Positions 19,030 through 28,843 of a stretch of 64,000 nt of DNA are shown in pieces. Each line of letters opens with the position of its first letter. Position 1 is the stretch's first letter. Under the pieces are notes generated by a model, which saw only the letters and a list, made by a program, of their open reading frames with translations, was not told where the DNA came from and did no database searches. Source of the stretch: Candidatus Omnitrophota bacterium (GTDB lineage Bacteria > Omnitrophota > Gorgyraeia > Zapsychrales > Fredricksoniimonadaceae); the NCBI GenBank assembly GCA_903959815.1, contig CAJBYM010000109.1:2229-66228 (forward strand). Direction: 5' to 3'. The translations under genes and the position numbers were made by a program.

Positions 19030-20697
19030 ATGAAAAGCAAATCATTCGAACCACAACTCATAACTGTTATGAGAGAAGGATACTCGCTCGCCCGTTTTGG
19101 CAACGACCTTCTGGCCGGCGTCATTGTCGGCATCGTATCCCTGCCCCTATCGATCGCTTTTGCAATTGCCTCTGGCCTCAAACCTGAACAAGGTCTCATC
19201 ACCGGCGTCATTGCAGGGTTTGCGATCTCGGCCCTCTCGGGAAGCCGGGTCCAAATCGGCGGACCAACGGGCGCCTTCATCATCATTGTCCTGGGCATCG
19301 TCCAGCACTATGGCTACAACGGACTGGCCATGGCCACGCTCATGGCCGGCGGCATGCTCATTATCATGGGCGTCGCACGTCTGGGTGATGTCATCAAATA
19401 CATCCCCTATCCTGTCACCGTAGGTTTTACCAGCGGCATTGCTCTGGTCATTTTCACAACACAGATCCCGGACCTTTTCGGCATGACCATCGCCCACATG
19501 CCCTCTCACTTCATCCATAAATGGGGGGCCTTCGTGCAGGCTTGCCCGACTATAAATCCCTTTTCCCTGGCCCTGGGGTTCCTGACAATTCTCATCATCA
19601 CCATATGTCCCAGGATCACCCAACGCATACCCGGGCCGATCGTAGCGATCCTTGTCACAACAGCTTTAGTCCATGGACTGAACCTTCCGGTTGAAACCAT
19701 TGCGGGCCGTTTTGGCGATGTGCCCAACCGTTTTCCCACCCCTCAAATACCCCATTTTAATTTTCATGATTTCACCATGCTCATCCAACCTGCCATGACC
19801 ATTGCCCTCTTGGCCGGCATTGAATCCCTTTTATCCGCCGTTGTTGCTGACGGCATGTTAGGTTCGCGCCACCGCTCCAACATGGAACTGATCGCCCAGG
19901 GCGTTGCCAATCTTTTCTCTCCTATCTTCGGTGGGATCCCGGCCACAGGCGCGATCGCGCGCACAGCTACAAATATCAAGAATGGCGGCCGCACACCCAT
20001 CGCCGGCATCATCAGTGCCATCACACTTTTAGCCCTGTTCCTCTTTTGCGGCAAATGGGCCGGGCTTATCCCCATGGCCACCCTCGCGGGCATCCTGGTC
20101 GTCGTCGCCTATAACATGAGTGAGATCCATCTTTTTGGAAAACTCTTAAGAAGTCAACGCAGTGATGTGCTGGTGCTTTTAGTAACCTTCGGATTAACGG
20201 TACTGGTGGACCTGACCATGGCCATCGAAGTAGGTGTCGTCATGGCCGCGATCCTTTTCATGCACAGCATGGCCAAGATGACCAATATCCACCTGATCGA
20301 GGATGACACCAACGGCAGGCCACATGAATACGACGGCGTTCCTGATGGTGTCGAGATCTTCGAGATCAACGGCCCATTCTTTTTCGGTGCAGCTGACAAA
20401 TTCCGCGATACAATCGCAGAGATAAAAAAGAAACCGAAAGTCCTCATCCTTCAAATGCAACACGTACCCGCTGTAGATGCAACAGCCATCAGCGCCTTGG
20501 AAAGCCTAGTCAGCCAATCCCAAAAAGAAGGCACACACATCATTTTCGCCGGCGTTAACAAACGCGTCTTTAAAACACTCAAAAATACCGATCTCATCAC
20601 GAGCGTCGGCATGGAAAACATCCTCCCCGACGTACAACTGGCACTCGCCCAAGCCATCGCCATCATCGAAACTAATGAAGAGCTCGCCGAACGTTAA
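19030..20697 (+). CDS. SulP-family anion transporter with C-terminal STAS domain
   Basis: Sulfate_transp membrane core followed by a STAS domain. Confidence 0.9.
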   Translation: MKSKSFEPQLITVMREGYSLARFGNDLLAGVIVGIVSLPLSIAFAIASGLKPEQGLITGVIAGFAISALSGSRVQIGGPTGAFIIIVLGIVQHYGYNGLAMATLMAGGMLIIMGVARLGDVIKYIPYPVTVGFTSGIALVIFTTQIPDLFGMTIAHMPSHFIHKWGAFVQACPTINPFSLALGFLTILIITICPRITQRIPGPIVAILVTTALVHGLNLPVETIAGRFGDVPNRFPTPQIPHFNFHDFTMLIQPAMTIALLAGIESLLSAVVADGMLGSRHRSNMELIAQGVANLFSPIFGGIPATGAIARTATNIKNGGRTPIAGIISAITLLALFLFCGKWAGLIPMATLAGILVVVAYNMSEIHLFGKLLRSQRSDVLVLLVTFGLTVLVDLTMAIEVGVVMAAILFMHSMAKMTNIHLIEDDTNGRPHEYDGVPDGVEIFEINGPFFFGAADKFRDTIAEIKKKPKVLILQMQHVPAVDATAISALESLVSQSQKEGTHIIFAGVNKRVFKTLKNTDLITSVGMENILPDVQLALAQAIAIIETNEELAER

Positions 20698-20700
20698 TTC

Positions 20701-21273
20701 TTATTTTTGAGTCGTAAGCTTACGGAAGACCAAGAATACAGTGTAAAAAATTGCGGCAACAACGACAAGAATAAGACAGAGCTTGGTAAATTTCATCAAG
20801 AACACACCAAAAAGACCCAACAAATACATACGCGGCACAACACCCACCAAGGTACATACCACAAAAGGAACGAACGGGATCCGGGTTATTCCCGAGGCGA
20901 TCGAGAACACTTTAAAAGGGATGATCGGGATCAAGCGCCCTAAAAGGACGCCCCACGCGCCATATTTCTGAGCAAACACATCCGCCTTTTCCAAGCGTTG
21001 CGGCGTGATCAAAATATATTTCCCGAAACGCAGGATGACCGGTAGCCCTACATAACGGCCGATCGCATACCCAACCATAGCACCCAGCGTCGCACCCAAA
21101 GAACCAAAGATCACGATCGATGTCATCGAAATACCGACCGCCGAGGCTGCCACAATAACAACTTCCGACGGGATCGGAATAATAGATGATTCCAGGAACA
21201 TGGCAATAAAAACACCCATATCCCCGTAATTAGAAATAAGGCTCTGAAGCTGTGGTGGAAGTGTTGCTGTCAT
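20701..21273 (-). CDS. DedA/SNARE-associated membrane protein
   Basis: DedA-family pattern, 190 aa. Confidence 0.8.
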   Translation of the reverse strand: MTATLPPQLQSLISNYGDMGVFIAMFLESSIIPIPSEVVIVAASAVGISMTSIVIFGSLGATLGAMVGYAIGRYVGLPVILRFGKYILITPQRLEKADVFAQKYGAWGVLLGRLIPIIPFKVFSIASGITRIPFVPFVVCTLVGVVPRMYLLGLFGVFLMKFTKLCLILVVVAAIFYTVFLVFRKLTTQK

Positions 21274-21328
21274 AATGCTGTTACATTAACGTTTGCCGTT
21301 ACAACTGACAAGCTGAAAAGTATATATT

Positions 21329-22612
21329 CTAAAACCGAGTCTTATACTTCAAATACACGCGATCATCCGGAATCCGGCGAGGCTGAGCCTCAGCATTAGA
21401 ATGCGCCCTCTGCGGCAAAACCTCTTTCTGGGCGCTGACAGTCACATTATCCGTCAGGCGATATTCGCTTTCGATCTTCTGGGTGATCTCCTTTTGCGTC
21501 TCGGGGGTCGCGGCAGAAACTTCAACTCCGTAGCCAACACCCAAACGATCTGAAATATCTTTATTAAACGTAACACCTTGCTTTGTCGCATCCAACTTAT
21601 AAGAAATACCCGATAAACCAAACAATTTTGCCAAATACAAACCCGATCCTCCAAAAAAGAAATAATCCACAAAGTCCCCGGTCATTTCAGGTGTCATCTT
21701 ACGCGTAAGCATAGGTGTGTTCAAACTATCCCAACGCTTGCCCGTCGTCAACATCAAAACAAGTTGCTCCTCAGACAACGGCGGATCTGAAACAAGATGT
21801 ACCTTGGGATCCTTGCGCGTCCCTTTAACCATGATCTCAATGCGTGTGCGTGCAATCATGGCCTCACCCTTGATATCCACCTCCGGATCCCGCACGTCTC
21901 CCGCAAAAACAATACGGCTCTCACCCAAACGCACCAAGGCATGCGGTGCTTGCAACCATCCACGCATAATAATCAAACGGCCATAGGGAACCCATAACCC
22001 GCCGCTACGTTCAAAATAAAGATCGCATTTAACCGGCGCATCATGCAAAACAAAGCCATTCTGCGGAATATGATCCACGGTGAACGTCCCTTGAAGCACT
22101 GGCCGGATAAAAGTCCCGTTCAACACCAGATCCAGATCTTTAAGTTCACCCTGCAATTGCGGAGGATTCCTGAATTTCTTGATAACCCGACGTAAGGCGC
22201 CCAAATCAAGACTGGCAGAATAGACATTAAGATCATACTGACCTGCCTGAAGATCCCCGTTAATAATCACCGGATCTGCTGTGGGGTCGATCACGCGGGC
22301 ATTGATAACGCTCAATTGAAGACCATCGATCGAAAAACGCACCAGGCGCATGCCAAATTCCTGCACACGGATAATGCTGCCCTCACGGAAGATCAATGGA
22401 CGACGGATCTCCATATGAAAAACATGAACACCCCGGATCAAAGATCCTTCCATGCGCTCATAAACCACGTTCCCCGGCCCCAATACCCGGCTCGCCGCAG
22501 GACGAATAATCAGTTCTGCACCCCATGCTGTAAAAAGAATGAACGCGATGCCCACCGCAATAACAGTGACAAAAGCAGCAAGTAAGCTGGCGGCAATACG
22601 GAGAGATCTCAT
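21329..22612 (-). CDS. Short TamB/AsmA-like protein with a DUF490-like C-terminus
   Basis: N-terminal TM anchor (start MRSLRIAASLLAAF at 22612), beta-rich body, C-terminus ...YLKYKTRF. Confidence 0.55.
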   Translation of the reverse strand: MRSLRIAASLLAAFVTVIAVGIAFILFTAWGAELIIRPAASRVLGPGNVVYERMEGSLIRGVHVFHMEIRRPLIFREGSIIRVQEFGMRLVRFSIDGLQLSVINARVIDPTADPVIINGDLQAGQYDLNVYSASLDLGALRRVIKKFRNPPQLQGELKDLDLVLNGTFIRPVLQGTFTVDHIPQNGFVLHDAPVKCDLYFERSGGLWVPYGRLIIMRGWLQAPHALVRLGESRIVFAGDVRDPEVDIKGEAMIARTRIEIMVKGTRKDPKVHLVSDPPLSEEQLVLMLTTGKRWDSLNTPMLTRKMTPEMTGDFVDYFFFGGSGLYLAKLFGLSGISYKLDATKQGVTFNKDISDRLGVGYGVEVSAATPETQKEITQKIESEYRLTDNVTVSAQKEVLPQRAHSNAEAQPRRIPDDRVYLKYKTRF

Positions 22613-22619
22613 GGTATTC

Positions 22620-23537
22620 TTATTTTGGTTCAGGATGGACCGTAACATCAGCATCCGGACAGACTGCTTCAACAGCTTTCTCGATGATCTCAGTAAGGTT
22701 GTGAGCCTCATGCAGGGGCATACTTCCGTCAACCAGAACATGCAGATCAACAAAAACCTGCGGCCCGGATGAACGAACACGCACATGATGGCAGTTAAAC
22801 ACTCCGGGAACTTTCTCAGCTGCGGCAATGACTTTTTGCTCCACACCTTCAGGTGCCGCATCCAGTAAGGCAGCGACCGTACGCACACCTAATTTCCAGC
22901 TGATCTGAATAACGATAAGGCCGACCACCAATGCCGCCACAGCGTCGGCGTAATGCAGCCAATTCCCATTAGGAATAAATCCGCTCAGACTCACACACAA
23001 AAGCCCCAGAATAACAACCGCCGAGCTCCAGATATCCGTTGAAAAATGCAGGGCATCGGCTTCAAGTGCCTGGCTATTATATTTCTTGGCAGCGTGATGC
23101 AACATGCGTGAACGTGAAATGTCAACCACAATAGAAATGCCCATAACAGCGAATGACCAGAACGTAACCTCAACATCCACCTTGCCGGAAAGGATGCGCT
23201 TGATCGCCTCATGCCCGATCCAGCCACACGTAATCAAAAGAAGAACGGTTTCAAATAACGCCGAGAGATTCTCGACTTTACCATGTCCATAACGATGTTC
23301 ACGATCAGCCGGCTTGGCAGATTCACGCACCGCGAACCAGGTCACAACGGCCGCGACCATGTCCAGCGCCGAATGCGCCGCTTCAGCAAGAATACCCAAG
23401 CTTCCGGTCATCATGCCTACAATGACCTTCATAGTCACAAGAAAAAATGCTGCAACAACGGACGTCTTGGCCGCATGCTGTTTTTCATGATCCCCGTCAA
23501 TAAAAACCCTGGGCTTCTTGTTAAAACACAACATCAT
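22620..23537 (-). CDS. Cation diffusion facilitator (CDF) metal efflux transporter
   Basis: Six TM helices and a cytoplasmic C-terminal domain with CDF motifs. Its ATG overlaps the stop of the upstream flavodiiron gene (TAATG). Confidence 0.85.
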   Translation of the reverse strand: MMLCFNKKPRVFIDGDHEKQHAAKTSVVAAFFLVTMKVIVGMMTGSLGILAEAAHSALDMVAAVVTWFAVRESAKPADREHRYGHGKVENLSALFETVLLLITCGWIGHEAIKRILSGKVDVEVTFWSFAVMGISIVVDISRSRMLHHAAKKYNSQALEADALHFSTDIWSSAVVILGLLCVSLSGFIPNGNWLHYADAVAALVVGLIVIQISWKLGVRTVAALLDAAPEGVEQKVIAAAEKVPGVFNCHHVRVRSSGPQVFVDLHVLVDGSMPLHEAHNLTEIIEKAVEAVCPDADVTVHPEPK

Positions 23538-24730
23538 TAAATCTTTCCGATAAACTGTTTCCCATATTCTATGCACCGCTCGATCGCCCCTGCATCCGGC
23601 TCCCACAGATTCTTGATGCCTTCATCCACAACCTCAAAACCAATATCCCTGAGCGTATCATTCAAACGCTTCTGTGCTTCTCCGGACCAGCCGTAACAGC
23701 CAAACGCCGCCGATTTCTTGCCTTTGAATGAAAGCCCGCGCATTTCTTCAAGAAAAGCACCGACAGATGACAGCGCGCATTTATTGTGCGAAGGAGAACC
23801 TACCAGCACCGCCTTAGAACGGAACACCTCGGTCGCCACATCATTCTTGTCAGACTTAGCAAGATTCATCACATTCACAACAACCTTTGGATCCGCCAAA
23901 CGAATACCTTTGGCGATCTCTTCTGCCATCACCCGCGTACCACCCCAGATCGTGTCGTAAACGATCGCAACACGATTTTCCTGATACATATTGGCCCACG
24001 CCGTATATTTCTCCATAGCCTTAGGTACATCCGCCCCGCGCCAGCACGCACCATGGCTCGGACAGATCATATCGATCGGAAGGCTAAGCGTCTTCAACTC
24101 TTTTAATTTTGCATCAACAGACTTTCCCCACGGGGCAATGATATTTGCATAATACTTCATGTCCTCTTCCCACAGGATCCACGGATCAACCAGATCCGCC
24201 CAGACAAGATCTGTGGCCAGATGCTGGCCGAATGCGTCTGTTGAAAAAAGAATATTATCACCCGTAAGATATGTGAACATGGTGTCCGGCCAATGGAGCA
24301 TGGCCGCCTCAATGAACATGAGCTTCTTGCCATGGCCAATATCCAGCGTATCCCCCGTTCTCACGGGCTTGAAATTCCAATCCTGATGAAAATGGCCTTT
24401 AAGCGATTTCACACCGTTATGCGTACAGTAAACCGGAACATGCGGAATAAGCGCGATCAGATCCTTGAGCGCACCTGTATGGTCGATCTCAGCATGATTA
24501 ACAACAATGGCATCGATCTTCTGGATATCAACCGTCTGGGAAAGCTCACGCAAGAACTCCTCGGTGAAAGGACTCCATACGGTATCGATCAAAACGGTTT
24601 TTTCTTCACGGATCAAATACGCGTTATAATTCGTACCATAATGCGTCGAAAGCTCATCGCCATGGAACATGCGAAGCTCCCAATCCACCTTACCCACCCA
24701 ATGAACATTATTCTTGATCAATCTGGCCAT
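23537..24730 (-). CDS. Flavodiiron protein (FprA/ROO-type O2/NO reductase)
   Basis: Metallo-beta-lactamase-like diiron motif NHAEIDHTG and a C-terminal flavodoxin-like domain. Confidence 0.9.
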   Translation of the reverse strand: MARLIKNNVHWVGKVDWELRMFHGDELSTHYGTNYNAYLIREEKTVLIDTVWSPFTEEFLRELSQTVDIQKIDAIVVNHAEIDHTGALKDLIALIPHVPVYCTHNGVKSLKGHFHQDWNFKPVRTGDTLDIGHGKKLMFIEAAMLHWPDTMFTYLTGDNILFSTDAFGQHLATDLVWADLVDPWILWEEDMKYYANIIAPWGKSVDAKLKELKTLSLPIDMICPSHGACWRGADVPKAMEKYTAWANMYQENRVAIVYDTIWGGTRVMAEEIAKGIRLADPKVVVNVMNLAKSDKNDVATEVFRSKAVLVGSPSHNKCALSSVGAFLEEMRGLSFKGKKSAAFGCYGWSGEAQKRLNDTLRDIGFEVVDEGIKNLWEPDAGAIERCIEYGKQFIGKI

Positions 24731-24851
24731 AATATCCCCCTCTTTAGGGTATGAGTCGAAATGCTTAAATATTGATTACAATATTTTAATAAGATATTCA
24801 GTTTTTACAGTATCCACACATGAAAGTCAATCGAATTCAACGTTGAACAAT

Positions 24852-24880
24852 AAAAAAGCCCTTGGAAACCAAGGGCTTTT
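24852..24880 (-). terminator. Rho-independent terminator after the DEAD-box helicase gene
   Basis: GCCCTTGG-AAA-CCAAGGGC perfect 8-bp stem flanked by A6/T4, so it can terminate on either strand. Confidence 0.65.
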
Positions 24881-24905
24881 GAACTTCAGCTTGATGAGAT
24901 AACAA

Positions 24906-26147
24906 TTAACGGAACCGACGACGCCCGCCGCGCGCGAACGACTTGTTCACGAAACTGCGGCCACCGCCACCTGTTGGCCTGCGGCCTGACCCTGCCGCCG
25001 GAGCACGATAAAGCGTATGTGTTTCAACTTCAGGATGCTGCGCCAACGTGATCTGCGAACGCACAATGCGCTCAATAGCCTGCACCTGATCTGCCTGATC
25101 CGGTGTCGCGATCGAAATGGCGCGGCCTTCCATACCCGCACGGCCTGTACGGCCAATGCGATGCACGTAATTTTCAGCGTCATCCGGCAAGTCAAAGTTA
25201 ATGACAAGCTCGATGCCCTTAACGTCGATACCACGTGCGGCAATATCTGTCGCCACAAGCACGCGATAACGCCCGACCTTGAAACCTTCAAGTGCAGCGC
25301 GGCGCTGGGACAAAGACTTATCCGAATGGATCTCAGCGACGCTATGGCCCATCTGTTTGATATCACGATTGAGCTTGTGCGCCCCGTGCTTGGTGCGCGA
25401 GAACAAAAGCACTGATCCACGGTATTGGCCAAGAAGTTTGGCGAGAAGAACTGTTTTCATCTCACGCTTCACCACAAAGATTTCCTGGACCACGCGCTCG
25501 GCAGCCGTGCCCTGGGGTGCGACCTCGATGTTGATCGGAAGCTTCATGTGACGCGACGCCATGGTCATGATATCCCGCGGCATTGTTGCCGAAAAAAGCA
25601 TGGTCTGACGATCTTTAGTAACCTGCTGCAAGATCTGTTCGATCTGCGGTGCAAAACCCATGTCGAACATACGATCCGCTTCATCAAGGACCAAAATACG
25701 CGTCGTATTCAAACGCACAGTTCCACGCTGCATATGATCAATGAGACGACCCGGTGTGGCAATGAGGATACGTGCGCCTCTCTTGATGGCACGCAACTGT
25801 TCTTCCATCGAAGCGCCGCCGATAAGAACCGCCGTCCTTAAACCAAAAGGCACACCGACTTTCTCAATGGTTTCTTCGACCTGGATCGCGAGCTCACGGG
25901 TGGGCACAACGATAAGGCCGTTACCTGGCGCCTGCGCGAGACGCTGGACCATGGGGATCGCAAAAGCAAGGGTCTTTCCCGTGCCGGTCTGCGCAATACC
26001 CATAATGTCCTTGCCTTCAACAGCAAGAGGAATGGCCTTATGCTGAATCGGTGTCGGGACCTTGAACTTCATACGGTCCAAAACCTCGAGAACCTTAGGC
26101 GCAATGCCAAGCCCATAAAACGTTGTTGGTACATTTGTGTTAGTCAT
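24906..26147 (-). CDS. DEAD-box ATP-dependent RNA helicase (RhlE/DeaD-like) with an RG-rich tail
   Basis: AQTGTGKT, VLDEADRMFDMGF, LFSATMP, and a C-terminal GRRPTGGGGR tail. Confidence 0.9.
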   Translation of the reverse strand: MTNTNVPTTFYGLGIAPKVLEVLDRMKFKVPTPIQHKAIPLAVEGKDIMGIAQTGTGKTLAFAIPMVQRLAQAPGNGLIVVPTRELAIQVEETIEKVGVPFGLRTAVLIGGASMEEQLRAIKRGARILIATPGRLIDHMQRGTVRLNTTRILVLDEADRMFDMGFAPQIEQILQQVTKDRQTMLFSATMPRDIMTMASRHMKLPINIEVAPQGTAAERVVQEIFVVKREMKTVLLAKLLGQYRGSVLLFSRTKHGAHKLNRDIKQMGHSVAEIHSDKSLSQRRAALEGFKVGRYRVLVATDIAARGIDVKGIELVINFDLPDDAENYVHRIGRTGRAGMEGRAISIATPDQADQVQAIERIVRSQITLAQHPEVETHTLYRAPAAGSGRRPTGGGGRSFVNKSFARGGRRRFR

Positions 26148-26354
26148 TTCTTGATTCTTCTTTCTTGTTCTTATTTTTTAATTTTTTGTACCTTGCACAC
26201 ATCTGGACACAACAATACGCCAGTTATGCTGTCTTAAAATAGATGCAAGATTCAATTCGAAGGTAATGAGGAGGTGTTCGGAGGTGGGAAACTCGTGTCC
26301 TAATCGCTACCTTAACGCGCACATCCTCCCTTATTCTCCCCAAAATGTCAATGA

Positions 26355-27710
26355 TTATCTTTGACCCACCCCGGAATCAGGATTATCACCCTTCAAAAGT
26401 CTAACAGCCACAACACGTTCCAAAAGAGACCCGCGGGAAGATCCTTCCCCCAGGGAAAGATCGCTCACAACCACCCGGCCTAAAACAGTGGCCACATCCC
26501 CTTGGGGCCCTTTCTCGCGATAAGCCCAGATCGCATGAATGGCATAAAGACGGTCCTTAACCTGACCTAAATAAAGCATAATATGCCCTTTAAGCCGCAG
26601 CAGAACAAGCCCTCCAAGCCCCTGACTAGAGATCAGCTCCAACTTTTCTTTTAAAGAAGCGCCCGCATTAAACTCAGCCAACGACAAACCCGATCGTGCC
26701 TGTTCTGTAGAATTGCGCGGCAGATCCAGCCCCATGGTCGCAAACACCATATGAATAAAACGCGAACAATCCTGATCGCCATGCATATCGCCCCAACCAT
26801 AAGGCGCATCCAGCAATTTAAAAGCCTGCGTGATCACAATCCTGGGCGTATACGGAAGAAAGCCCCTCATAATATCTGTGGGCAAGATAAAACCACTGAC
26901 AAAACGTGCGGTCCCATCCGAATGACGTAAGGGGTACACAATCTCCATAAAACCACGACCCGCTCGCTTAATGACAAAGCGCGATCCCATGCGCGCCACC
27001 GCCACCGCCTTAACCATCGTCGCATCCAAATAGATCGCTGTACGCGCCGCGGTCACGACCGCCATATTCTTCCCCGTTACACTTCTCAACCAGGTTGACT
27101 TATCGCAAAAAGCAATCTCCTCGCGCTTGACCCAACCCGAAGAAATCCCATCTTTGACATACAACCACGATCCATCTGCGCTTTCATGCAAAACAACCAA
27201 GGGAGTCGCCGGATCAAGGCCACTGTTTTGAACCTGGTCAAAATTCACATCCCCCGGCTTATCATAAAGCGGATCATCCGTTGGCAAGAGACGTTGATTC
27301 GTAAAGGCAGATGTGAACGCATACCTGACCCGCACCTGATTTCCCAGAACATCCAGTGCCATGTTCTCGGTCCATGTCGCATAAAGATCCGGCCCTGCAT
27401 TATGACCATCCCGATCAAAAAGTTTCAACACACTCAAATTCATGGCCAGGCCTTCGATCTCCATCTTAAGCTTTTCTCCTGGCCATACAGACGGAAAAAT
27501 ACTCAGATCATCACATAAACCCTGGGCATAAAGCCCTTGATTGAAGGCTACAATCCCTTGAGGATCCATGACAACCCTGTCCGGCAAAGACTGCTGTTGG
27601 ATCCAGTAACCAGGCTCACGCATCGAGGCTGTGACATAAGGAACATCAGCCGCATGGGCGATACGTGCGCTAACAAGAATTATGAAAAGAATCGGCAAAA
27701 TTGTCCGCAT
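26355..27710 (-). CDS. Secreted NlpC/P60 (C40) peptidase with SH3-like domains
   Basis: Signal peptide, a DCSRFIHMVF catalytic-Cys region, and an overall pattern like SH3b-P60 gamma-D-Glu-DAP endopeptidases. Confidence 0.65.
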   Translation of the reverse strand: MRTILPILFIILVSARIAHAADVPYVTASMREPGYWIQQQSLPDRVVMDPQGIVAFNQGLYAQGLCDDLSIFPSVWPGEKLKMEIEGLAMNLSVLKLFDRDGHNAGPDLYATWTENMALDVLGNQVRVRYAFTSAFTNQRLLPTDDPLYDKPGDVNFDQVQNSGLDPATPLVVLHESADGSWLYVKDGISSGWVKREEIAFCDKSTWLRSVTGKNMAVVTAARTAIYLDATMVKAVAVARMGSRFVIKRAGRGFMEIVYPLRHSDGTARFVSGFILPTDIMRGFLPYTPRIVITQAFKLLDAPYGWGDMHGDQDCSRFIHMVFATMGLDLPRNSTEQARSGLSLAEFNAGASLKEKLELISSQGLGGLVLLRLKGHIMLYLGQVKDRLYAIHAIWAYREKGPQGDVATVLGRVVVSDLSLGEGSSRGSLLERVVAVRLLKGDNPDSGVGQR

Positions 27711-28843
27711 AAGATCCCAAAGTATGTTCCCACGATATTGCCCAGGATCGCTAAAAGCAGCCCGACCGAAGCAAGTCCCGGCTCATAGACCGCAGCCACA
27801 ACCGGAGCAGAAGCCACGCCCCCTACATTGGCCTGACTGGCCGCTGCCACCAGGAAAAGCGGTGCGCGTAAAAGGCTGGCCCCTGCCAAAAGAAAACCGG
27901 CGTGCACAAAAATGATCAGGAAGCCTGCTGCAATAAGAATGAACGCCGACCCGACATTGCTGATGCTCGCCTTGGCCCCAATAGCGGTCAAAACAAAATA
28001 AAGAATGTAATACCCGATCTTCGATGCACCGGCCTTCTCTATACGACGGACAGATGTCAACGAAAGTAAGATCCCCAGCATGGACACCACAATGATCGTC
28101 CAGGCATACGGCGAAACAATATCTTTCACGACCGGAAGTCTCGTGCCTATATCTTTAGCCAGCAAACTTCCAACTATGGCAAACGCAAGAACGCTCACCA
28201 CACCACCCGGTGTCAAGCGCACAGTAACGACATCAACCTTCGCGCGCCTGGCCAGATCATCCACAACCTTACGATCCGAACGGTTCCAACGATCAAAACC
28301 CGCCTGCACTCCGACGCACGCAATGAGCATGCCCATCCACACATACGGCACAACCGTATCCACAATGACCATGGGGGCAAAAACCCTGTCCGGCACAGCC
28401 AGCGCTTCTTTGACCGCGATCATATTGGCACTGCCCCCGGTCCATGACGCCGATAAAGCCCCGAACCCGGCCCAGAACTCCGCTCCTACCATATTTTTAA
28501 ACAGACAAAAAGACACGACCGTACCGGCCATGATCCCCGCGCTTCCAATAAAGAACATGGCCAACGCCATACCGCCGAGCTGGATGATCGCCTTCAGATC
28601 GATGACAACTAAAAGTAAGAACAAACTCGCTGGCAAAAGATAGGTTGTGATCATCGACAAGACAGGCGCGCCTGGATCGAGGACACCGGCTGTCGCGGCT
28701 AACATCGGAAGAAAATAGATCCAAAAAACTGGCGGAATAAAATTAAACCACCCACGCGTGCGCTCGTGTTGACTTAAGAACAGTACCAGAACTTCAATGG
28801 CCAAAAGGATAACAATAATAAGGAAGGGGTCATGGATCATCAT
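27680..28843 (-). CDS. DUF819-family polytopic membrane protein
   Basis: About 10 TM helices. Family call is by recall only and is tentative. Confidence 0.55.
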   Translation of the reverse strand: MMIHDPFLIIVILLAIEVLVLFLSQHERTRGWFNFIPPVFWIYFLPMLAATAGVLDPGAPVLSMITTYLLPASLFLLLVVIDLKAIIQLGGMALAMFFIGSAGIMAGTVVSFCLFKNMVGAEFWAGFGALSASWTGGSANMIAVKEALAVPDRVFAPMVIVDTVVPYVWMGMLIACVGVQAGFDRWNRSDRKVVDDLARRAKVDVVTVRLTPGGVVSVLAFAIVGSLLAKDIGTRLPVVKDIVSPYAWTIIVVSMLGILLSLTSVRRIEKAGASKIGYYILYFVLTAIGAKASISNVGSAFILIAAGFLIIFVHAGFLLAGASLLRAPLFLVAAASQANVGGVASAPVVAAVYEPGLASVGLLLAILGNIVGTYFGILCGQFCRFFS

